DNA of 14,670 nt from Cyanobacteria bacterium auto_48_18 (lineage in GTDB: Bacteria; Cyanobacteriota; Vampirovibrionia; Obscuribacterales; Obscuribacteraceae): positions 67,246 through 81,915 of the forward strand of contig JAVHQC010000013.1 of NCBI GenBank assembly GCA_036170915.1, given 5' to 3'. Under the pieces are notes generated by a model that did no database searches, was not told the origin of the DNA, and was given only the letters and a program-made list of their open reading frames with translations. Position 1 is the stretch's first letter. Each line of letters begins with the position of its first letter. The position numbers and the translations under genes were made by a program. Shown one piece after another: positions 1 to 8,334 of the stretch.

Positions 1-170
1 TCGGACATTTACTTTTATACCAAAAAATATTTGGCCTTGCCACAGTTTTTTTCGAATTTCACAATCTTTAACATGGCTGTCAGCTTGACTCTCGGGCGCT
101 TTCTCCGAACCTTTATCTGTTCAGCTTTGGACATTAAGGCTGGCGCGGGTTTATTGCTTCTTAGCATCTG

Positions 171-194
171 TGATATGCTTGATAAAGCATATTA
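171..194 (+). promoter_or_regulatory. Putative operator (perfect 8-bp inverted repeat ATATGCTT-gata-AAGCATAT) overlapping an extended -10 element (TG-A-TATGCT) of the hipBA-like operon
   Basis: Arms at 173-180 and 185-192 are exact reverse complements. TGnTATGCT lies at 171-179, about 30-50 bp upstream of the antitoxin ATG (222). XRE antitoxins of hipBA modules autorepress through palindromic operators. Confidence 0.6.
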
Positions 195-221
195 TCTTTG
201 TTAAAGGGCTTTAAAAAGTAC

Positions 222-563
222 ATGGCTCGTCATAACAAGTTGTTGGAATCGCCACCGTTTGCAGTAGAGCAGGCTCTTGTTCAACTGGGAGATAACCTCC
301 GGCTGGCTAGAATTCGGCGCAGTATGACTATCGCCGATGCTGCAGAACGCATCGGCACAGGGCCTCGAGCGGTGATGGATGCCGAGAAAGGCAAACCGGC
401 AACCGGACTGGTGGTGTATGCAGCTTTGCTCTGGCTCTACAATCAACTTGACCAGTTGGGAGATGTGGCTGACCCATCTAAAGACAAGGAAGGTTTGATA
501 CTAGATTCGGTGAACAAGCGCCAGCGTGTGCGCAGAAATCGTGGTATGGATAATGACTTCTAA
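222..563 (+). CDS. XRE-family HTH transcriptional regulator / HipB-like antitoxin
   Basis: Cro/C1-type HTH signature LGDNLRLARIRRSMTIADAAERIGTGPRAVMDAEKG. The stop overlaps the start of the downstream HipA gene by 11 nt. ATG at 222 (MARHNK...) is preferred over the ORF-track TTG at 198. Confidence 0.85.
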   Translation: MARHNKLLESPPFAVEQALVQLGDNLRLARIRRSMTIADAAERIGTGPRAVMDAEKGKPATGLVVYAALLWLYNQLDQLGDVADPSKDKEGLILDSVNKRQRVRRNRGMDNDF

Positions 564-1818
564 AGAATCAAAATCTGAATGTTTTGTCTACATCACACTG
601 CCACAAGCAACTACTAGTGTCACTGCCGGTCGCTTTGAAATTACAAAGGACAAGCTCGGTAATAGCACCGGTAAATTCATTTACGGAAAAACATATTTAT
701 CACGCAGCGATGCAGTAGAAATAGACCCTGTTGAACTAAAGTTAGGCGAAAATTTATTCCGCACTGCACGCCTTGACGGGGTGTTCAGCTCACTTCGAGA
801 CGCTGGTCCCGATTTTTGGGGACGCTACGTTATTGAACGGCATTCAGGAAAAATAGCGCTGAGTGAAATCGATTACCTTCTGGAATCGCCCGATGATCGA
901 GCAGGGGCACTCGGATTTGGATTGAATCAAAAACCTCCGTCACCAATGAAAAAATATAATAAAACCCTTGATCTGGTGCGCCTTCAGCAGGCTGCAGACA
1001 AATTGCTCAGAGTAGAAGATGTGAGTACAGAGCTTGACTCCATTCAAGTTCAGGAATTGCTACTCCTTCAAACGTCGATGGGTGGAGCCAGGCCCAAGTC
1101 GGTTGTTGAGGATGAATCCGGTCTTTGGGTGGCCAAATTTTCGCGACCAGATGACCGCTGGAATAATCCGTTGGTGGAGCATGCAATGCTTGTACTCGCG
1201 CGGCAATGTGGAATTGATGCAGCGATGAGTCGTGTAGAAAATATTGGTGGCAAAGAAGTACTGCTGGTGCAAAGATTCGATCGCAGGAAAACCAGTCAAG
1301 GTTATGTGCGAGCAAGAATGGTTAGCGGCTTAACGCTGCTTCGAGCAGACGAATCGCCATTGCGGCGCGAAAGGTGGTCATACGTGTTGATGGCAGAAGA
1401 GTTACGCAGAGTGGTGGCAGAGCCCAAGCGAGATGCAGCAGAACTGTTTCGTCGTATTTGTTTTAACTCGCTTATTTCAAATATTGATGACCATCCTCGT
1501 AACCATGCACTTCTGGCCTTTGACAAAAGTTGGAAATTATCGCCCGCTTACGATCTGACACCCTCGTTGGCGATATCGCAAGAGCGGCGCGATCTGGCCT
1601 TAGAGTGCGGAAATCTTGGACGTTATGCCAACGCTAAAAATCTACTGAGCCAGTGCTCACGGTTTTTACTTGCAGAGGCTGATGCAAACCAAATCATTTC
1701 AAATATGGCTGCCCACGTCAAAGCAAACTGGCATAGTGTCGCGCGTTCACAAGGCGTAAGCGAGCGAGACGCACAAACCATCAAAGGAGCTTTCAATTAT
1801 CCTGGCTTTTCATTATAG
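553..1818 (+). CDS. hipA: Type II toxin-antitoxin HipA-family Ser/Thr kinase toxin
   Basis: HipA motifs: N-terminal region LRDAGPDFWGR, Gly-rich loop TSMGGARPK, VAKF, LLVQRFDR, catalytic DDHPRNH and LSPAYDL. Start placed at ATG 553 (MTSKES), which overlaps the antitoxin stop; the ORF track starts at 526. Confidence 0.92.
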   Translation: MTSKESKSECFVYITLPQATTSVTAGRFEITKDKLGNSTGKFIYGKTYLSRSDAVEIDPVELKLGENLFRTARLDGVFSSLRDAGPDFWGRYVIERHSGKIALSEIDYLLESPDDRAGALGFGLNQKPPSPMKKYNKTLDLVRLQQAADKLLRVEDVSTELDSIQVQELLLLQTSMGGARPKSVVEDESGLWVAKFSRPDDRWNNPLVEHAMLVLARQCGIDAAMSRVENIGGKEVLLVQRFDRRKTSQGYVRARMVSGLTLLRADESPLRRERWSYVLMAEELRRVVAEPKRDAAELFRRICFNSLISNIDDHPRNHALLAFDKSWKLSPAYDLTPSLAISQERRDLALECGNLGRYANAKNLLSQCSRFLLAEADANQIISNMAAHVKANWHSVARSQGVSERDAQTIKGAFNYPGFSL

Positions 1819-1932
1819 AGTTGGCTAGCCCTCCCAATTCGCCTTCGCGTTCACAGAACTTTCACAAAAGTACGATATGCCTTAAATGTTAGCTGGTTTA
1901 CATAGCAGGTCATTTGGCCAGGAGACCCGACC

Positions 1933-2319
1933 ATGAATCCCACGAGCAAAAGAGCGCTAGTTGTAGACAATCAAGTCGTTACTCGATTTGCCACCCGCGT
2001 TGTCACTGAAAGTCTTGGCTTTGAAGTCGATGAGGCTCAGAGCAGTGCCGATGCCGTCAAAAAAGTTGTCTCACAACAGTACCATTTAATTTTGCTTGAT
2101 TTTGATATGCCTGGAGCAAACGGAGCAGAATGCGCTCAGCAGATTTGCCAGTTAGATAATTTTTCGAAGGAAGACACAGCCATATTTTGTTTGAGCGCGA
2201 GCAGCGATCCGCAAGTCGAACAGAAATGCCTGGATGCCGGTATGGATGGATATATAAGGAAGCCCTGCCTTGAGTCGAGCCTGACCGCGGCCATAAGCGA
2301 ATGGAGCTCCGCTCGATAG
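1933..2319 (+). CDS. Stand-alone response regulator receiver (CheY-like) protein
   Basis: ALVVDNQ acidic pocket, ILLDFDMPGANG phosphoacceptor Asp, CLSA (S/T), AGMDGYIRKP (conserved Lys-Pro). GGAG RBS at 1921-1924. Confidence 0.92.
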   Translation: MNPTSKRALVVDNQVVTRFATRVVTESLGFEVDEAQSSADAVKKVVSQQYHLILLDFDMPGANGAECAQQICQLDNFSKEDTAIFCLSASSDPQVEQKCLDAGMDGYIRKPCLESSLTAAISEWSSAR

Positions 2320-2374
2320 TGCAAGTTTGAGCGTTGAGGAGAGGTACAATAGCGGTACATCTGGAGTACTCAGC

Positions 2375-3322
2375 GTGATTGCCATCGAAAAGGTTCGAGA
2401 CCTTGTAATCGAGCCACTCGGCGAAGACCGCCCGGCTTATGTTATTTCAGCAAGCGGGCTTGTCAGGATAGATAACCGTGTCCTAATCGTTGCCGATGAT
2501 GAATTTCATCTGGCAGTTTTTGATCTGAGGAGCAATAAGCCAGGCTCCTGGATCAAATTGCTACCTGGTGCGCTTACGAGCAACTATAAAGAGCGAAAAA
2601 AACAAAAGCCTGATTTAGAAACAATAACGCACATTCATCCAAGTGCTCACGCAACCGAGGGTGCACTGCTGGTGGTGCCATCGATGTCGCGCCCTAATCG
2701 TGTTACTGGAGCAATGCTCAGATTAGAAAAGAATCTTGTTGTTGGTGAATCGCCGGTGCCGATTGACTTTTCAGACATTCAGAAAAAACTTGCTGAAACA
2801 ATTAATGGTTTGAATGTAGAAGGCATTGCTATTCAGGAGAAGGTGACAAAAATCTTTCACCGCGGTAGTAAGAAGAAAGGAAAAAGTGCTGTAATTGAAT
2901 TAGATACGAAAGCCTTTTTGCACGATTTGCATGATACACACAAACCAATGAGCGCTTCTATTGCATCACTGCGAGAATATAATCTGGGTGATATTGATGG
3001 GGTCGACCTCGAGTTTACCGATGCAGTACCCATGCCTGATGGACGCATAATATTCTTGGCCACCGCTGAGGCCACTGATGATGAATATAAAGACGGCGCA
3101 AGTGTTGGTTCTGCATTGGGAATCATGGCCGCGAACGGTGATATTGAAAAAATCATTCGCATCACTGGGCGAGAAAAATTTGAAGGAGTTTGCGCAAACT
3201 ATGTCTCTATTGAATCTAGCAACGGCATCACCGCGCACACTTTAGAGATGCTTCTGGTTTCTGATACCGACAACGAAAAAATACCATCTAATCTTTACCG
3301 TGCATCTGTCAGTCTTAATTGA
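2375..3322 (+). CDS. Conserved hypothetical protein, DUF6929/DUF6910-like (probably beta-rich)
   Basis: Long ORF with motifs ISASGLV, IVADDE, KKQKPDLE, LNVEG, KFEGV and LLVSDTD, which I associate from memory with DUF6929/DUF6910-type proteins. GTG at 2375 has a GGAG RBS at 2363-2366; the ORF track starts at TTG 2327. Confidence 0.6.
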   Translation: MIAIEKVRDLVIEPLGEDRPAYVISASGLVRIDNRVLIVADDEFHLAVFDLRSNKPGSWIKLLPGALTSNYKERKKQKPDLETITHIHPSAHATEGALLVVPSMSRPNRVTGAMLRLEKNLVVGESPVPIDFSDIQKKLAETINGLNVEGIAIQEKVTKIFHRGSKKKGKSAVIELDTKAFLHDLHDTHKPMSASIASLREYNLGDIDGVDLEFTDAVPMPDGRIIFLATAEATDDEYKDGASVGSALGIMAANGDIEKIIRITGREKFEGVCANYVSIESSNGITAHTLEMLLVSDTDNEKIPSNLYRASVSLN

Positions 3323-3345
3323 TCGGTGCAAAGGCTGTGAGTCAC

Positions 3346-4392
3346 ATGATCGGAATAATTGGTGCTACTGGTTTCACCGGCAAACTTGTTGCCAGCGAAT
3401 TACATAAACGCCAGGCGAACTTTTTCATTGGTGGCAGAAATGAGCAGTCATTACGTGCACTCTCAGAAAGTTTAGGTGGAACTCCCTATCGCGTAATTGA
3501 TGTGCAAGATGGTGCCACATTTAGAGCCCTTGATGGCTGCACCACAATTATCAATTGCGCAGGGCCATTTACTGATTTTGGCGAACCTATTGTGCAAGAG
3601 GCTATTGCTAGGCGCGCGCATTATCTTGACACAACCGGCGAACAGGGCTTTATCAAACTTGTCTACGATAAGTATCACCAACAGGCAAAAGCTGCAGGCA
3701 TAGTTCTTGTGCCGGCGTGTGCTTACGAATATGCTATTGGTGATGCACTCGGCGGCCAGTTGTGTATTGATTATCCTCAATGCAGAAACATTGAAATGAT
3801 TTACAGCATGGAGGAAATGCACACCAGCCCCGGCACTCGCAAAAGCGTGGTGCGCGCCGTGGCGGCTCCAGGTTTTTCATTGAAAAACGGCAAATTTGTC
3901 GAAGGCAAGCCAGCAGCTATTGTGAAGAAAGCTCAAGTTGATGGGCGAACCGTTTCAATTATGTCTTTTCCTGCAGGAGAAGCGTTGATGCTGCCGCGCC
4001 ATACAGAAGTACAGAATGTTGATAGCTTTATAACGACTAAGGCACCACTTATGGTGCTTCAAGGCATGGCCGCCTTGGGGCAAATGGTAATGAATGTAGC
4101 CGGAGATTTCATCGTCGATAAGATGACTACTGGTGCGCCATCAATGGAACAGCGTCAAAACTCAAAGTTTTTAATTCAAGCAAGTACAAAAATCGATGCG
4201 ACGCCCCACAGCATCACACTAACTGGTGCTGATCCATATTTACTCACTGCGATAATCATCAGCGAGGCTGCGCTTAGTTTGCAGAATAACGCGAGAGAAC
4301 TGCATGGTGCCATATCGCCGGCGATGATTGGTGGCGCAGATTTTATTCGTAAGCTGTTGGAAGATGCGGGCGCTAAGTGGGTCGCTTCGTAA
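3346..4392 (+). CDS. Saccharopine dehydrogenase-like NAD(P)-binding oxidoreductase (trans-acting enoyl reductase-like)
   Basis: Rossmann motif IIGATGFTGKLV, GGRN, INCAGPF...GEP and HYLDTTGE. ATG 3346 chosen as start; GTG 3337 and TTG 3319 are alternatives. Confidence 0.85.
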   Translation: MIGIIGATGFTGKLVASELHKRQANFFIGGRNEQSLRALSESLGGTPYRVIDVQDGATFRALDGCTTIINCAGPFTDFGEPIVQEAIARRAHYLDTTGEQGFIKLVYDKYHQQAKAAGIVLVPACAYEYAIGDALGGQLCIDYPQCRNIEMIYSMEEMHTSPGTRKSVVRAVAAPGFSLKNGKFVEGKPAAIVKKAQVDGRTVSIMSFPAGEALMLPRHTEVQNVDSFITTKAPLMVLQGMAALGQMVMNVAGDFIVDKMTTGAPSMEQRQNSKFLIQASTKIDATPHSITLTGADPYLLTAIIISEAALSLQNNARELHGAISPAMIGGADFIRKLLEDAGAKWVAS

Positions 4393-4416
4393 GTTCGAGC
4401 AGTAAATCTATCTGCC

Positions 4417-4806
4417 CTACCGCTTAGTCGAATCTTTCACAATCTCCCGCTGCGGGCCGCTGTACGAATGCCAGTTGTGTTCTTGAAACAGCGGCTGAGG
4501 TGAGGCGAACGGTTTGTATTCTTGTGAGTTCAAAGACAGTTCAGTCTTTACTCTTATGCCACCCACCTGGCGAACTTCCAGAGATAGCACCGGCAAATGT
4601 TTTTCTGGTTCTTGCAGTCGATGTTGGGCGTTTAGCCCTTGCACCGCGGCGAGCACGTCTGAGCGCTCGCGGAAAGATGCGGCGCAGTTCAGTGATGACT
4701 CTAGTAATTTTGTATTTCCAGCTTCTGACTGGCGGGTAATTGTTTCAAGATCAAATGATTTTGAACCCGGCCGAATCGTACTGTCGCATTTGGCAATCTC
4801 GGTCAT
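4417..4806 (-). CDS. Hypothetical protein (129 aa)
   Basis: Strong Shine-Dalgarno AGGAGG 5 nt before the ATG on the minus strand (gccAGGAGGgttttATG). It fills the gap convergent with the oxidoreductase gene. No recognisable motif. Confidence 0.7.
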   Translation of the reverse strand: MTEIAKCDSTIRPGSKSFDLETITRQSEAGNTKLLESSLNCAASFRERSDVLAAVQGLNAQHRLQEPEKHLPVLSLEVRQVGGIRVKTELSLNSQEYKPFASPQPLFQEHNWHSYSGPQREIVKDSTKR

Positions 4807-4864
4807 AAAACCCTCCTGGCTGTCGATAGGTTCAGGCTATCTCACTGTCCAGGCAGATTGGGGT

Positions 4865-5050
4865 CAGAATATTGGCATATTCTGGGCAGTGGGCGCCCAT
4901 AAATGCCCACAGGTGGCGACCGTCCAAAAACGTGTCGAAAAAATCCCTTTTTTTCGACATATTCCATTGACCTGTCGATTCAATCGACATATGCCGGCCA
5001 GACACTTCCAAATCAGGCTTAGGCCGTCTGTGGCGCGTGCTAAGCAGATT
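4865..5050. repeat. Cluster of five consecutive inverted repeats in a divergent intergenic region
   Basis: CAGAATAT/ATATTCTG (4865-4884); GTGGGC/GCCCAC (4889-4910); TGTCGAAAAAA/TTTTTTCGACA (4933-4959); TGTCGATT-C-AATCGACA (4973-4989); AATC..GCTTAG/CTAAGC.GATT (5011-5050). Confidence 0.7.
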
Positions 5051-5113
5051 GTCATATGCAAAATCAAAAAATCTTGTACGATTTGTAGCTCATGGGTGGC
5101 GCGAGTTGAGCAT

Positions 5114-6445
5114 ATGAATTATCGATTAGTCTTGTGGTCGTTCCATTTATCGATAACATTGTGCCTGCTGCTCAATTTCGCTTCTAGTGCCAGTGCCGCT
5201 GACAGCGCGTCGGCCGAAAGATTGATCAGGGTTCCGCTCTATTTCATCACAGACAGAAACCTGCAACCAAGCAAAAGTGGCGAGACCCATTTTGGCCCTC
5301 ACCGCAAGTATATAAATGACTGCAAGCACGACCCATTTATGGGCACGGTCTATTGTGTTGTAGAAAATGTAGATAATAAACCTCTCACCAGTCACCTTCA
5401 AGAGTTAGGCTGGGCAAAGGCCGAAGCCAAAGACAAGTTGGGTGCGATTACCACGGCGCCTTTGAACGACGGAAATTTCGAAAAAATCCAGTCTGACTTT
5501 TACGAAAAAGTGCAGGCCAAAGCGTTACTCACTGATGACAAAAATCTTTTGATGTTCGCGCATGGTTACAACATGACTTTTGTCAACGCAGCTCGCATAG
5601 CCGCTGACCTTGCCTACAATTCTGAGCGACCACTGATTTTTTATTCATGGCCATCAGTGGGCAAATTGCGTTCTTACGACACTGACGAAACAAACGTAGA
5701 ATGGAGCCAGGAGCACTTTAACGATGCCATATTGCGCATTGAAAAAATGTGCACTGACAATTCGCTCAAGCTTCGATTGATTGCGCACAGCATGGGAAAT
5801 CGGCTTGTAGTCCGGGCAATTCCACTGCTGCGAGAGAAACCGCATGTGGTGGAAGCAGCATTGATTTGTCCAGACGTAGATGACGGTTTAGTTCAGCATT
5901 ACGTCAGGCAGTATGTGAGCCCAAAAGGCACCACTATTCTGCGCATTTATATGTCGCGTCGTGATAAGGCTCTGGCACTTTCGCAGCTGGTACATGGCGG
6001 CTACACACGGCTGGGTGAGCAAGCAGATGCACTGGGTGGATGGGTAACCAAGACACTGACGGCCAAAAATGACAGCACTGCGCCTGCGACTAAAGCCGAA
6101 GATACTGAACTAACGAAAATGCTGGCAGAAAATCGCAAACGCATGCAGACAATCGATTTTACAAATATCGACACCGGATTCATCGGCCACACCGTGCCGG
6201 CGAAGTTGGTCTGCGATATGTCATTCACGAATGCACCACCAGCAGGGCTTGAGTTCAACATTGAAAAATCAGGATTGCGCAGCGGATTAAGCAACTTCTT
6301 CACTAGAGTTACCAGACTCAAACCTACAAGTGAAGCCACTATTCCTGGTGATGTTTTGCATGTGGTGCGCGTCAATGGTGCTAAGGCGAAAGACGCGCAG
6401 TTAGCCGAGACGCAAATCAGTAAATCAAAAGCTGGGGAAATTTGA
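5114..6445 (+). CDS. Secreted alpha/beta hydrolase, DUF900 (COG4782 esterase/lipase-like)
   Basis: Signal-peptide-like N-terminus ending ASSASA-A from ATG 5114. Motifs YFITDR, FAHGYN, YSWPS, nucleophile elbow IAHSMGNR, CPDVD, SRRDKAL and a C-terminal GH. The ORF-track extension to 4514 overlaps another gene and is not used. Confidence 0.85.
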   Translation: MNYRLVLWSFHLSITLCLLLNFASSASAADSASAERLIRVPLYFITDRNLQPSKSGETHFGPHRKYINDCKHDPFMGTVYCVVENVDNKPLTSHLQELGWAKAEAKDKLGAITTAPLNDGNFEKIQSDFYEKVQAKALLTDDKNLLMFAHGYNMTFVNAARIAADLAYNSERPLIFYSWPSVGKLRSYDTDETNVEWSQEHFNDAILRIEKMCTDNSLKLRLIAHSMGNRLVVRAIPLLREKPHVVEAALICPDVDDGLVQHYVRQYVSPKGTTILRIYMSRRDKALALSQLVHGGYTRLGEQADALGGWVTKTLTAKNDSTAPATKAEDTELTKMLAENRKRMQTIDFTNIDTGFIGHTVPAKLVCDMSFTNAPPAGLEFNIEKSGLRSGLSNFFTRVTRLKPTSEATIPGDVLHVVRVNGAKAKDAQLAETQISKSKAGEI

Positions 6446-6517
6446 TTTTTGAATACCACTATGAGCAAACGCCATGGTCGATAAGCTCGGCAAACTTACA
6501 ATTTCATTCCGAATTTA

Positions 6518-8059
6518 TTAATTTGCCTCCGGTTTTTCCTGCATAGTGGAAGTGACAAGCAACGCAATCAAATCTGCGAGCGGTTCGATGTTTTGATTTA
6601 CGCTGGCCTGCTCAAGAGCAGCTAAATAATCATCACGGCGTTCCACCGGTATCACTGTCCAGGGATAGCCCGCAGAGGCAAGCATTACATTCATGAGAAA
6701 CCGCCCTGTGCGCCCGTTTCCATCCATATACGGATGTATATAGACGAACATGAAATGACCAAGTACCACTCGCACCGCTGGCTCTTTTTCTTCGCGCAAA
6801 AGATCAAATAGCGCTGGCATCAACTCTCTAATAACATCCCTATTTGGTGGCACATGCTTAGAGTGGCGAATGTAAACTTGATCAGTCCGATAGCCAGCTA
6901 AATCAGAAGGTCTAAGAAGCCCGATTTGAACGCTCGGAGCAAAGAGTTCGCGGTACCATGTGCCATGATCATCATCTGCAACTTCTCCGGCGTTGTCGCC
7001 TTGGAGTACCCGCGCTAGACTCTCTCTGACAGCCTGGTGCGCCTGCCAGTATCCTCGCGCAGCCAAAGTATTTTTTTTCTCCCGATCACTTTCATCGATA
7101 TCTGGATTCCAATTTCCTTTTTTGACTTTTTCAATAAGCTCTCGACTAACTTTGTAGCCTTCGATAGATAATGAGTGGTATGCGTCGGTAACGTAGTTAT
7201 CTTGCACCATTTTTAGATAGGCTTTGTGGTTTTTGGGAAGTTCATTAGCAAGAGGGAACCGCTGCAGGACCGGCTCGCGCATGGTTTGCCACATCAGTTT
7301 GATTCGGCCGACATATGGGGATCGTTCTCTTTTTTTGAAAAAAATTGGTGTGGGCTCTGTAAAGGGATCCTCTTCTCGGCAGTCGTAGCCAGCCGACTTC
7401 ATTGTGCTCAGAATGTCGTCAGCCAGCCGCGTTCGTCCAATGTTTCTAAAAGCGCCGGCAAGTCGCCCCGCCACAATAGAATGGCCTCCATTTAGCAATA
7501 CAGCCAACAAGTCAGACGCATTTGAAAACGAGGAAAGTGCTGCGCGCGCGTCTGTGGGATTTTGACGAAAAGTATTGCTAGAGCAAAACATTAGGGCTGT
7601 CGGCAGCGAATACACATTGAGACCCTCAACTCTCTGAATGTGTTCTTTGGCGACAGTAGTCAGTCGAACATCTAGAATCGAAGTACGGTGCAATAAAGGT
7701 GTTGTGTTGTTTTTTGCTTCTGGAGACCGCACAACAAGTTGAGCTGGAACAACTTTATTGCCCACCTGGAGCAATAAAGATTGTTCGGGTGATATGCACC
7801 ACTCATCGCCAAAACGCTCGTCCAAATACTGCGCAGCAAAAGGCCAAAACGATGCAAACCAGGCTGTACTCTCACCTGCTGGCTGATCGGGGCGAGTTGG
7901 AATGTACCAACCTTTCATTACCTCTTGCAAAAAGCCGTTCGCCAGCAACCGTTCACGATCAGCTCGTAGTAAATCACTGCTTCGTAAGGCGACTTTCCCT
8001 GCAGCCTGGAAAGCTTCCAAAACCTCTAGTGACTTAGCAAGCTTTTCCGCGGGAGTCAA
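6518..8059 (-). CDS. Fic-family protein (class II, autoinhibited) with an N-terminal wHTH/AbiEi-like region
   Basis: Canonical Fic motif HPYMDGNGRTGR (6701-6736) and inhibitory motif SLSIEG, matching (S/T)xxxE(G/N), at 7157-7174. TTG start with AAAGG upstream. Confidence 0.9.
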   Translation of the reverse strand: MTPAEKLAKSLEVLEAFQAAGKVALRSSDLLRADRERLLANGFLQEVMKGWYIPTRPDQPAGESTAWFASFWPFAAQYLDERFGDEWCISPEQSLLLQVGNKVVPAQLVVRSPEAKNNTTPLLHRTSILDVRLTTVAKEHIQRVEGLNVYSLPTALMFCSSNTFRQNPTDARAALSSFSNASDLLAVLLNGGHSIVAGRLAGAFRNIGRTRLADDILSTMKSAGYDCREEDPFTEPTPIFFKKRERSPYVGRIKLMWQTMREPVLQRFPLANELPKNHKAYLKMVQDNYVTDAYHSLSIEGYKVSRELIEKVKKGNWNPDIDESDREKKNTLAARGYWQAHQAVRESLARVLQGDNAGEVADDDHGTWYRELFAPSVQIGLLRPSDLAGYRTDQVYIRHSKHVPPNRDVIRELMPALFDLLREEKEPAVRVVLGHFMFVYIHPYMDGNGRTGRFLMNVMLASAGYPWTVIPVERRDDYLAALEQASVNQNIEPLADLIALLVTSTMQEKPEAN

Positions 8060-8069
8060 AATCGGACCT

Positions 8070-8156
8070 TTTTTAGTTTATCGCGTTGTAGCAGTTCTAG
8101 TTTATCATGCGTATGATTTTTAGTCTATTGTGTTGCGCAGATTTTAGTTTATTGTG
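8070..8156. repeat. Four phased direct repeats (TAGTYTAT core, 23-24 bp period) immediately upstream of the minus-strand Fic gene; probable operator array
   Basis: TAGTTTATC at 8074, TAGTTTATC at 8098, TAGTCTATT at 8121 and TAGTTTATT at 8145. Units 1-2 and 3-4 form a higher-order repeat of about 47 bp. Confidence 0.8.
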
Positions 8157-8334
8157 CCGACATCTGCGCCGATTGCGGGTCTGCTACTCTAGCGCTCTCT
8201 TTGTGCGAGAATGTACTCTGTAATGCACACTCAGCGATGCTTGACTACTGTAGCCCTGGTATCCGTGGCTTTCCGGAAGTAAATTGGGTCCAAAGCGAGC
8301 TCCAATAAGTTTTTCCGTAGTGAACTGAGGGAAT

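Noticed and set aside
15..134. 39-aa basic minus-strand ORF (MSKAEQIKVRRKRPRVK...) divergent from the hipBA-like operon
   Set aside because: Short, with no clear RBS or recognisable motif, and at the window edge; it cannot be supported.
4514..5113. N-terminal 200 aa of the 643-aa ORF
   Set aside because: It overlaps the well-supported minus-strand gene and the palindrome-rich intergenic region. The signal peptide and hydrolase motifs begin only at ATG 5114.
6446..6517. Intrinsic terminator between the convergent hydrolase and Fic genes (also checked after hipA and after DUF429)
   Set aside because: Only weak short stems without a U-tract were found.
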